From Gnetum montanum (Eukaryota; Plantae; Gnetophyta): a stretch of 64,000 bases of DNA. The position numbers were made by a program, and so were the translations under genes. Below the pieces are notes generated by a model. The model saw only the letters and a program-made list of their open reading frames with translations, was not told the DNA's origin and ran no database searches. Positions 53,686-64,000 of the stretch are shown here, one piece after another. Each line of letters opens with the position of its first letter. The first letter of the stretch is position 1. Where the stretch lies: positions 565,023 to 629,022 of the forward strand of contig MNCI01003234.1 of assembly GCA_015680685.1 (NCBI GenBank), written 5' to 3'.

Positions 53686-56600
53686 ATGGATTGCGAACTC
53701 TTCAAGCACAAGTGGTTGCTTCGATCCGTGTTACCGGCTTCCTTGGACTCTTCTTTCAAGTGTCTACGATTCAACGTTATTGATTCAAGGAAAGCCGCTT
53801 CTTCATTGTATACTGTTGTCGAGGCCATTTGCTGGAAAGTATCGCGAAAGACAAATATTTCTTGCTTTTGCACTACTTTCAGTGGCTTAACAATCTGTCT
53901 CATATATCACGTAAGCCAGAGATTCCATTCAAATTGATCATCCATTGTAAATCGTTTGTTCTTTTTTATTTTGATATTCTTAATTTGGCTTTCATTGTAA
54001 CAGATAGCACAAGGAAATATTTTAGATTATGCAGTGGCAGAGTTGCAAAGGCGTTTACATGTAGGAATTGCTTGTGCCCTGTTTTGTTTTAATTTTCCGT
54101 TTGTTTAAGGTGGAGCAATGACATAGTTTGGAAAGGTTGAGCTAGACTCGTCCATGGAGCAGGAGCAGAACGTAAGTTCCTCTGCGCTTTTGGTCCCAGC
54201 TGCTGAGAGTACTATGATGTCAGCCATGCTAAACCAGGGCTGGAGTTTTCTTGAAAATGGTGTCATTTTAAACTGCAATGTAGCCGCAGTTGAAGAAGAA
54301 CAATCTTTGGAAGCTGTTTCAGTGGTACAACATTATGCTTGACAGCTTTAGTAAAATACGTGTTGATCTTCTGGTAGTTTGGAGATTGCCACCGTAAGAG
54401 GTTTTATATTCTATTTTCAGAGTCTCCAGGTCGAGGGAGACAATTCTATACGCTGCATCCTAGCACCAGATGTTATTCGTATTTTCCGGCTGAAGGTAAA
54501 TCGTGCTTGTTAATTCCTTTACCTCCGAACTGCTCGCGTTTTTGTTCGGATAAAAAGCAAGACGTAAAACCAAGAGGATGTTTTCTGCCATGAGGAGTCG
54601 ACTCCTACAGGAACAATTACTTTTACACTGAGGGAAGCATAAACAGAAGAACGAAAAAGTATCGTTAGCGACTTTAACTACAGAACGCTGTATGTTTTAG
54701 CCGCCAATCATCTAGAAACTTGGAGCAGAATTCACAGTTTCAAGCGACGAATGATGGATTCTTGTTAGGAATGGACGAATTTTATTGTCCGGTCATTTTC
54801 TGATACAACAGTCTGCTCATTATAAGTTTTCATTAATAATTTTAAATCATACCATAGTTGTTAATATGTCTACTTAGGTTACAGAACAGAAGTTGGAGAT
54901 TTGTCTGCATCTGGAGTTGTCCCCGCAAAGTACTGGAAACATGAAAATTTTCTCAAAATAATTCATATTCCGATTCATTTAACATTGTCTCCTGAGGTGT
55001 TTTCTAACACGTTTAAGGGCTTTGTGAATGTGAAATTGTGAATGGTATTTTAGTGTATTTTGCACCGGAAATTAGATATAGTATTCATTAAAAAAATTGC
55101 CATGTAGCACCATTAAGGGATTCAAGAATGTGAGTGCGAATTGTATTCAGTCTAAATGAAATATAATGTTTTATTACAAATCTGATATGTAAGGATCAAA
55201 TGCATGAAATGAGATATAATGTTGACGAAAATTATGGCCTTCTTTCCTACACTACAACTATTTACTGGCCAATGGCATATATTTAAGATTATTTCGTAGT
55301 GCCAAAAGTTTCCGTCATTTAAAAATCGTAGTATATCCAGATTTTTAACCAGCTGCCTCTGGAAAAGAAGCAAGAATTTGATGGTGGCAAAGAAGTAAAT
55401 CTGGAAGAATGGTCTTGGGGCTTTAACAATGACGAACGAGAACGCTGCGTCGTTCTTCCTTTCTTGGTAGAAGGCTTTGTAATCGGTGCGTGTCAATCTG
55501 ATTATAGTTAATGGAAGCATCATATTTGATTGCATATATTTTAAAAATTAACGAATGAATGCCATCACTCTGGACAGGGTTGTGTAAATTGCCTCCAAAG
55601 GCAAAGGATTACAAAGAATTAATTAAGCTGTGGAAGAATAAAGTAGGTTAAAAAAAACAGAGTTTATTTACCTGTAGCAATCAGGTATTTGAAGTTTTGA
55701 ACAGACACTGAGTTGTGTGCTTCTGTTTGTTCTAGCACGGGTTGCACTTGTCACAGGATTGTTATTATGTCAAGGTTGAATATACTTATGAAGAGGAAAG
55801 TCATAAACACTGGTTAGTTTTAATTTACCATTTCATAGGTAAGATATTATGCATAGTCCCTGTATTTTGAAATTGGGAGATCCTGATTTCTGTTTCAGAG
55901 TATGCATCTGATCCTTCTGTTTGCACTTCGTGAATTCCTACCTGTGGTGTCTCAGCTCTTTATGAATTAGTCTTTTCGTTAGTGCGTGTTGAATGCATTG
56001 GGATTGACCATCAAATGTAGGTTTCCATCAAGTATCGTCATTAGGAGATGTGGACTGAAACCTGTGCTACAAACAATAAGATCTATTAAGGTTGTCAAAG
56101 CATATGAGAGCTTCAGAAGCAGTATATCAGGTACACATTGAGTTTTTGAAAATATGACTTTGCGTCGAGGATAAATTAATTTAAATTTTGAAATGAAAAA
56201 TGTTGTCCAACAATGCTTATCTAAGTTTGGATTTGTAACGCAGGATGGAATTTTTTTGATCTTGGACCATTAGAGTTTCAGGTAAATATTAGGTAATTAA
56301 CCCCAAAAAAAATCCGTTTAATGTAAAATATTTCTTTAAAAGGGACTTGTAACAGTTCTGTTCTAGTTATTCATATTTATAGTATTCTTACTTTTATATG
56401 ATTCTAAACTTTCAAATGATGTAGGAAACTTATATGCTGTGTTTTTGAATAAATAGGTTACTAATGTTATCAATCAGTCCATCAAAGTGGCATCATGGTT
56501 TAGGGCAAAAGACCTTTTCAAAGAAAGCTGTCCAAGGCACATGTCTGAAGAGTCAATGGAAACAGTGGATAGAGGAGTAGATTGTAATTTAAATCACTAT

Positions 56601-59600
56601 TTCTTGAACCTTGGTAGGAATGCCAATAATATGAATTGCTATTTGTAATTGTCTTTCTGCAATCTCAAATCTGCTATGAAGCTGAAGCCTGCATGCTGTG
56701 AGCAGATTTCCGAAGAGCCAAATATAGGACAGCAACTGTTCACAACAGTGAAGACGAAAGTCTGGACTCTGTTAAAACTCAAATAGCCCACGTTCAGATA
56801 TCTTCAAATGCAAAGGATCCGTCTTTTTGCAAAATTAAATTTGCACCAAAGTTTCGGAGTCGTTCTCTTATCCAAGGAAAATATCTCCTGTGGGATGCAT
56901 GCTTTAATTCAATAGAAACCTTGTCCAACAAGTATTTCCTTTGATACTGTAAGATTGAATTTCAATCTAAAACCAATCCTAATGCTGGTGTAATTTCATG
57001 CAGGCGGAAAAATAGGAACCCCTGTGAAGCCTTCAGAGAACAATACTATATTGATTAGTACCTCAAATCCTATATTGAACAGTAAAACCTGAATAATTCT
57101 TGAATTTTAAAATGGCATTCTGAATATGTGTTATTTCTGAAACTAATCTATAGAACATTTCAATCTTTAATAAGTTCCATTTCAACAAAAACTCATCAAT
57201 TTGGAATCATGCTTGGAAATTTAATTTTACTTTTTTTAATATAATTTGATTGATTTAATAAAATTTATTTGAAAGAAATAGATTTTATTGATCAGCACCT
57301 AGGGATGAACAATGGACATCTTTCCAAGCTACATATTTAGCAAGAAATATGTCTTCAAATGGAGATAATGAATGATTTTTATTTAATTCTAGTTCCTGGT
57401 ACTTATAATTGCTTATCGATATCAATGTTCACCTTATTGTTTGTGTGTAGGATCTCAGAAAGCTCAATTTCTTGCAAAAAGCATGGCGGCTGGTAGCCAT
57501 ACAAGGAAAACAGTAAGCATATAGTTTTCTCTGAATCATGAATTAATTTTTAACTTCTGTATTGAGAAATTGATGACTTCAAATTCTATAAATAAATAAC
57601 TTTTATTCTCAAATTGCCATTTGATAATACGGTATTTTTAACTAGATGTATAATATACTCATGGTTATTGTTAAACTATTTGAAAAAAATTTTACAGACC
57701 AAAGGAGAAAAAAGTGCTAGAGAAACTGTCAGGCAATTGCAGCAGGTATGATGCTCTACAGCGTATGCCTTCAAAATCTTTTATTGAGAGGCGGAGACGT
57801 GTGTAAGAATGTTTCTTTCTCCTATGTACCTTTTCAACTAAAAGGGAATGGATACTTTTAAGAAAGAGTCCATAGGAACAGATAGTTCTACACCCACTGC
57901 CATGGCTGTTTCCTCAAAAAGACATTCAAAGAAAACCCAAGAATGTTCCATAGATAGAGTGGAGAAGAGTCAAGGTATGTAGTTGGTATATTTTACGTCT
58001 TCTGCATATTAGTTTCTTCCATGTTTCATATTACCAAGGGAAATTAGTTCATTATTAAAAATCCAGTAGTTCTATTAAACACATTTGGTAATTTATCTAA
58101 CCATCTTTATTGTTTTGATGGCAGATCTATTGAAAAATTTAGCTTCCGGGGAAAATGAGACGGAAAAATCAACTTTGGAATACCTGGTATTATTTTTAAT
58201 CAGTAACTGTTCAATTAAGCCCAATGTAGAGTTCCGAGCTGTGTTAAGAAACAAGAGTTTAGGCTGCTCCATTAGAATTCATAGATTCTTCGATCATGGA
58301 CAACTGTTTACTGGAACTAAAATTAGGTCATAAAATTATATTCGTTTTTGAAGAATTGGTTTCTTATGTTTCAGAAGCATTTTCTTAACAAAGAAAGATT
58401 ACCCAATCTCTATGAAAAGAATGATTATATTGGTTTGTTCAAAATATCAGTCCCAAAACCTTCTGGCTGGTGATCCCAAATTTAGCTGTTTTCCAACTTT
58501 GGTTTTGGCAAGTTCTAAAGACAAATTAAAAATTTGTATGTTTAAATTTAATATTATTGAAATAAAGTCAACATTTTCTTTCTAATGAAAGAAAACAACT
58601 CATGAGAAAAGCAAAGCAGTTAGGAAAAGTAACCCAGATTACAAGTGTACCTTAATTGTTAGTCTCAGTAGTTAATTCACATGATGGTTAGTCTAAACAT
58701 TAATGCAAAGAGGTAGAATGGTAGACCTAACGATACTTTAATCACCAATGCACAATCTTGAATAATGAATATATAAATGCAGAAAGTAAAGGAAAAACTT
58801 TTAAGAAATGGGATAAATTTCATGAAAATGCTAAGAAAACTATTCAATCTGTTTTGTTGAAAGCAACAGAGGAATCGATGACAATAAATAAAATGAAGTA
58901 AATTATAATCAAAATGATTAGCCTTCAAACAATGCCTAGTTGCAAAATGCAACTTCTCATTTTTGGGGGTTATAATTTAGTTTTCCCTTTTTTTTTCTTT
59001 TTCTTTTTTTTGGGTAGTTATACCTGCATGCTGTCGGGTCTAGGTCTTCCTTCAAACACCCTAACAACTCCACCTATTTTGGTGTTGTGTGCTCTGCCCA
59101 AATGTATACCCATAGTCCATTTTTGAACTTCTTGTGTGCATAGCCTTTTTACTCATGGATTTATTATTTATTTTTCTTTACTTGATTCTCTTTCTGTTCA
59201 GGTGTCTAGAACCACATGCTTGCTTTGTAGTGGGAAAGTTTGGCTATTCATATGACTTTAGCGGATTTTTGTTAATGGCTTAACGATGCCACTGCTTTGC
59301 AAATTTTTCCAATTCCATCCTTTTGTTGAGGCAGAGGAATCCTAATTTATTTACATGGCTTTTTTGCAAGTTTTATTCATTACACTCATTCCTGAAATGC
59401 ACAGCTTTCTTTGTATATGTTATAATATTGATCACATAGATGGAAGAATTGCTTAAATAGAAACTGCTAAAACTGAATTCTCTTCAATAGGTTTAAAGGG
59501 CTTCCCGAACGATGGGGAAAATCAGTCCAAGTTTAAAAATTTTGTAAACCATGTGTTGAGACATGCCATAGCTAACAAACACAATCTTAGCTGGAAATTT

Positions 59601-60647
59601 ATGCTTAAAAGTTTCTTGAGACAGCTGTGATTTTTCAGAATGTAAGTATATTGCATAGATTACCTGAAGTTTTGAAATTCTGGCCAGATCTTCTATCCTT
59701 TGTGAGACACTATGTATTGAATGTCAAACAGAATGTTTAAAAAAAAAACAAAAGACTATTGTCAACACCCAGGCATGTGCCGATATGCAAAAAGTTCTAT
59801 CAAGCGTCCAGTAAATGTGTTTATGGCAATCTACACAGGATATTTGTTTTTTATTTATTTATTGTTGAACATTTTAAAATTGAGCTTTGCATGAAACTGT
59901 TGCTTTTATATATGGGATTAACAATATTTTCAGGTTCCTGTATCACAAGACACAGAAAACTTGGTGACATGTAAGTTAGATAACAAATTTGAACATGTGC
60001 CACCACCAGGGAGTCTATTTTTTCCTTTAAAGGTATTTTGTCAGAAATTTGTACTAGCTTATGATGCAACATCTGAAAAATGCTCGACTTAAAATGGTCC
60101 ATAACTGTGCAGAATTCAAATTACAAAGGAAAGGAAAATTTTCGAATGGATAATGACTCTTCTGGCTTACATTCAGCCACAAAAACTCCTGCTGAATCTG
60201 TACGCAAAAAAGCAAAGTCAGAAAAGAAGGTATCATTTACTGGATGTAAAAGAAATCTACTGTGTTAAGATTCTTAAACCATCTTTTAATGGTTTTTTTC
60301 ATTCTGTTAGGTGGAAAAAGCAGAACACAGTGTTGTCACTGATATCAATAATCCAGAGGCTGCTAAAGCACCGAAAGTCAAGAAGCAGAGTACTGGTCCA
60401 ATGGATCCAATTGAATTAGAAAAAAAGGTTTGAAATACTACCACTATTATTGTGAGTGCGTATGACATTGCTCGAAACTATCGCTAATACTTGAAATGTT
60501 CTGCAGGTCCGAAATTGCCACTCAAACGGGAAGATGAACCTATTGACCGTTCCAGAGCTCAAAAGCTTTCTGAATTTAAACAAGAGCAAAGTAGGTGGCA
60601 GAAAAGAAGAGCTTATCCAGCGGATAGTGAGCTTACTGTCAACTTAA
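53686..60647 (+). CDS. Multi-exon host gene: C18orf63/DUF4708-like N-terminal region plus C-terminal SAP domain
   Basis: Phase-consistent GT-AG exons ..54324, 54421-54495, 55353-55485, 55578-55642, 55736-55812, 56021-56130 and 56244-56281 give RCVVLPFLVEGFVIG...DYKELIKLWKNKHGLHLSQDCYYVKVEY...WFPSSIV. Last exons 60113-60229, 60311-60427 and 60507-60647 give LTVPELKSFLNLNKSKVGGRKEELIQRI (SAP). Start codon and middle exons unresolved. Confidence 0.7.
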
Positions 60648-61069
60648 ATAACTGTTACAGCTTGGAAAGGGATAATAATATGTTTTAATTCTCTCTCTCG
60701 CTCTTTTGAAATCAGACATTTTATACTTTTTTATTTTGGGAATATTGCCCTCTCTCCTGCGACTGTGCTGTACTTGCACATTCTAATATCTTCACCGCAG
60801 CGGTACCTCTGAGAGGAGTTGCTTTCTTTGTTTTTGTTTTTCGTGTTTCTCATATATTAGTTTTACTTTGAAAACTTGCATATCGTTCACTTACATGCAA
60901 ATACGCAGTTGTATTACATGATTAATTTGTCTATACTTGTTGAATCTCCACCAGCAGTTGTATGTTTTTATTTTATTTCCCGCCTATGAAAGCAGTGAAT
61001 GACATATCGTAAACCTGACTCAAAATAGCTTTACAGTTTAATAATTCAGAATTTGTAACATGACAGCAC

Positions 61070-61519
61070 CATAGATTGAAAAATCGAATCAGATCAGTAA
61101 ATCAGCAACCCCTTTATAAATTAGGTCCAAAAAATCAAAACAAATCTGTGTAAAAATGAGATTCAAATCATCAGTATTTACAAAAGAAAGCAGTATTTAC
61201 AAAAGAAAGCACTTATATGCACTCATGTTAGTAGTGGTATTTTTTATTTTTTTTCATGTCAGTTAGAGTGAAAAATCAAATATTAAAATTTTAGTTTCTA
61301 GGTTGCATCAGAATTAGCAATATACAATATATTACACTTATAAAATTAATAAAAATATAGCATTATTCATTATACAATATATTACACTTATAAAATCAAT
61401 AAAAATATAGCATTATTCATTAGATCAAATATGCAATCCGAATCCGATTTTGAATCAGCTTGAATGTTTCCTTACGATTTATCACAGATCTTGATTAATC
61501 ACAGATTTCTCAATCTATA
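61070..61519. mobile_element. hAT-type MITE, 450 bp
   Basis: TIRs catagattgaaaaatc / gatttctcaatctata; perfect 8-bp TSD gacagcac (61062-61069, 61520-61527); internal 50-bp tandem duplication near 61321-61420. Confidence 0.88.
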
Positions 61520-61774
61520 GACAGCACTGTGATGGTTGTTACGTTTCAGGCTTCATTTGTTTGCTGTATTGCTGTTTAAAAACGTTTCAGAAAGCAGACA
61601 ATTAATACAAACCAGAAACACCGACTGCATGATAGAAAACCTTAAGGTTTGTTTGATTCATCCATTCGTGGAGTGACGTTTTAGAAGATTCCATTTTTAG
61701 GATTTAAAAAAGCTAGTAGAGAACATCCACGCAAGAGCTCTTTTGAATTTGGGAGGGTGTTGGACCCCGAAAAG

Positions 61775-64000
61775 AAGTTTTATTGAAATTAAAGGTGCAT
61801 CAATTACAACAACTTGAATAAGTCACAGGGTTAAGGGGAAGGGAAAACTGAGAGCGTTGTGAATAAAACTCAGAAAACGCCTTATAAATAAACGAGTATT
61901 AAGGGAGGAACCCCAAGTTGGGGCATAACCAAACGTCCACACATACTGGCTTGTTACAAAATAGAATGACATAGAATTAGATGAGGCAAAGAGCTCTCAA
62001 TTAAGGATAGAGAAATCCAATGGTGACTCCACATAATGAAAAGGGAAAGCTTCATTGCAGAGATTACTGATGCTAAGTGTAACTGGAACACAGGTCTTTC
62101 CCACAGCTGCAAGAGATGAACCAATTGATGACTGCCAGATGGAACTTGGATGCTTGAGATGTGAGTTGAAAATGGGTGAGGCGAAAGATCTGCTACTTCT
62201 CCAACCTAGTGAGCAAACAATTCTTAGAATAATCTGTCTTTTGAAAAAGAACATTGCATCTTCGCTTCCAAATATAATATAAAATAGTAGGCTTGATAAC
62301 TTTCCACAGAAAATTAAGATTAGCAGAAGTAATGTTCAAGAATCCAAATATGGCATCCTCTTGAGATAGCTTGTATGATGGAAAAGCTTTGGAAGCCCAC
62401 TGCCACACATGTTGAGCGAAGGGACAATGCCAAAATACATGGACAAAGTCATCTTGTCCACCACAAAGAGGGCAATTGGGATTGGGAATCCCCATATATT
62501 CTAACNNNNNNNNNNNNNNNNNNNNNNNNNNNNNNNNNNNNNNNNNNNNNNNNNNNNNNNNNNNNNNNNNNNNNNNNNNNNNNNNNNNNNNNNNNNNNNN
62601 NNNNNNNNNNNNNNNNNNNNNNNNNNNNNNNNNNNNNNNNNNNNNNNNNNNNNNNNNNNNNNNNNNNNNNNNNNNNNNNNNNNNNNNNNNNNNNNNNNNN
62701 NNNNNNNNNNNNNNNNNNNNNNNNNNNNNNNNNNNNNNNNNNNNNNNNNNNNNNNNNNNNNNNNNNNNNNNNNNNNNNNNNNNNNNNNNNNNNNNNNNNN
62801 NNNNNNNNNNNNNNNNNNNNNNCCTAAGACAATTCAAGGAAATGACACCCTTTCAATACCACGAGGTAGCCACCTTAGCATTTGTGATAGCAACGGGAGC
62901 AGGCGACAAAGGTAACCACCACGGACACACTCTAGAGAGGATAGTAGGGTTGATCTTAATGTTAGTCTAGTCAATGTGAGTGTGAAGAATTTGCTAGGCC
63001 CTCCAGATGCTTTTGAAAACATGAGATCCTGGAAGAATGATAGTGAGGGGGGAAAGGATCCAATTGACGAAATGGATGCCTTTCCAAAAGGGCTTATTTT
63101 TAGGAAATGCTTGATGAAGCCTTAATTAGAGGAGGGTCCCTATAATATCTAAGGTATCTAAATGCTGTACCAACCACTTTGCAACTAGGGTAATTCCTTG
63201 CTTATAGGAGTTCAAAAGACCTAAGCCACACTTATTCTTGGGGAGAGTAGCTATATTCCAAGCAACACGATAAAATCCTTTCTGAGAATCCTTGGAGGAC
63301 CACATAAAGTCACGGAATAACCGTTCAAGCTTATGGTAGGAAGCTTGGGAGGGGGCTCAACACGAAGACTAATACACATGGGTGGATGCGCATATGGACT
63401 TACAAACAAGCTATTTACCCACAAGTGTGAGAGGTTTAGTTTTCCATTTGTCGAGTTTCTTTTGAATTCGGTAAATAACCTGCTCCCAGAGAATAGATGT
63501 TGAACCTCTAAAACGGAAAGGGATTCCTAGAATTTTAACGATTTCTTGATCCTGAAGCTACTTCCAATTATAGTTGGTCACATGTTTGTAATTGCCCTTA
63601 AAGCTATAAACAGAGGATTCATTCCAATTAATTGTGGAACCTGAGAGTGTGCAATATTGCTCCACCCTTAATAAGAGGCAGTGCAAATTGGCAGCTGTGT
63701 TTTGAACTAGAAAAAAGGAGTCATTGGCGAAGTGCATATTGAGAAGCTGTTGTTGAGAGGAAGAAAGGCAGACCCCATGAGAGCTTTAGTTTGAATGTCT
63801 AGGTTAATTTGATGACAAAAAAAGTCTGATGTGATGATAAAGAGATAGGGGGCGAGAGGGCAACCTTGCCGCACAGACCTATGTATTGGAAAGGGAGAGG
63901 TAATGCCGAAGGTAGTGGCAATTCGTGTAGTAGCATCTGAGAATAAGCATTTCACCATATGCAAGAACTTAGGTCCAAAACCAAGTTTGGTCATGGTCTG
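61775..64000 (-). mobile_element. L1-type LINE, 3' part of ORF2 (RT and zf-RVT), degenerate, continues beyond the window
   Basis: KLGFGPKFLHMVKCLF, RSVRQGCPLAPYLF, ILGIPF, CPLCGGQDDFVHVFWHCPFAQHVW, IWKRRCNVLF; aataaa near 61778-61783 on the minus strand. Confidence 0.93.

Noticed and set aside
53128-53903. Minus-strand ORFs suggesting a divergent gene
   Set aside because: No motifs or splice chain; they are antisense shadows of the GC-rich plus-strand 5' region.
59773-59830. HMG-box-like IKRPVNVFM peptide
   Set aside because: Short chance match; the rest of an HMG box is absent and the frame is unsupported by splice phase.
60507-60647. Ku70 gene
   Set aside because: Only the SAP domain is similar; no vWA or Ku core motifs in the upstream exons.

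Overview
AT-rich land-plant nuclear DNA (species not determinable) from a gapped scaffold, dominated by nested, decayed transposons around two host genes. 0.3-25.1 kb: a probable Mutator-like DNA-transposon region with two convergent pseudogenes, one with a Transposase_32-like domain and one with that domain plus a Ulp1/C48 protease, separated by a 207-bp tandem array. A Ty1/Copia element (4996-17733) is inserted in it, and a pol-less Athila-like Ty3/Gypsy element (8525-17018, minus strand) with an extra coiled-coil ORF is nested in the Copia RNase H. 25.4-25.9 kb: intronless embryogenesis-like, probably mitochondrial, protein gene. 29-33 kb: LTR relics. 34.5-43.2 kb: a gag-pol Athila-like element sharing LTR ends and PPT with the nested element but lacking the extra ORF, inserted into an older relative (to 47283). 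48-52.6 kb: subtilase pseudo-exons and a Helitron PIF1 remnant with a tandemly repeated 3' end. 53.7-60.6 kb: multi-exon host gene, C18orf63/DUF4708-like (PAZ-like) with a C-terminal SAP domain. Then a hAT MITE and an L1-type LINE. Most notable: the apparently complementary Athila-like pair, one TE accessory domain recurring in DNA and retro elements, a 128-bp duplication flanking the Copia element, and the DUF4708+SAP gene. All alignments and identities were done by eye.
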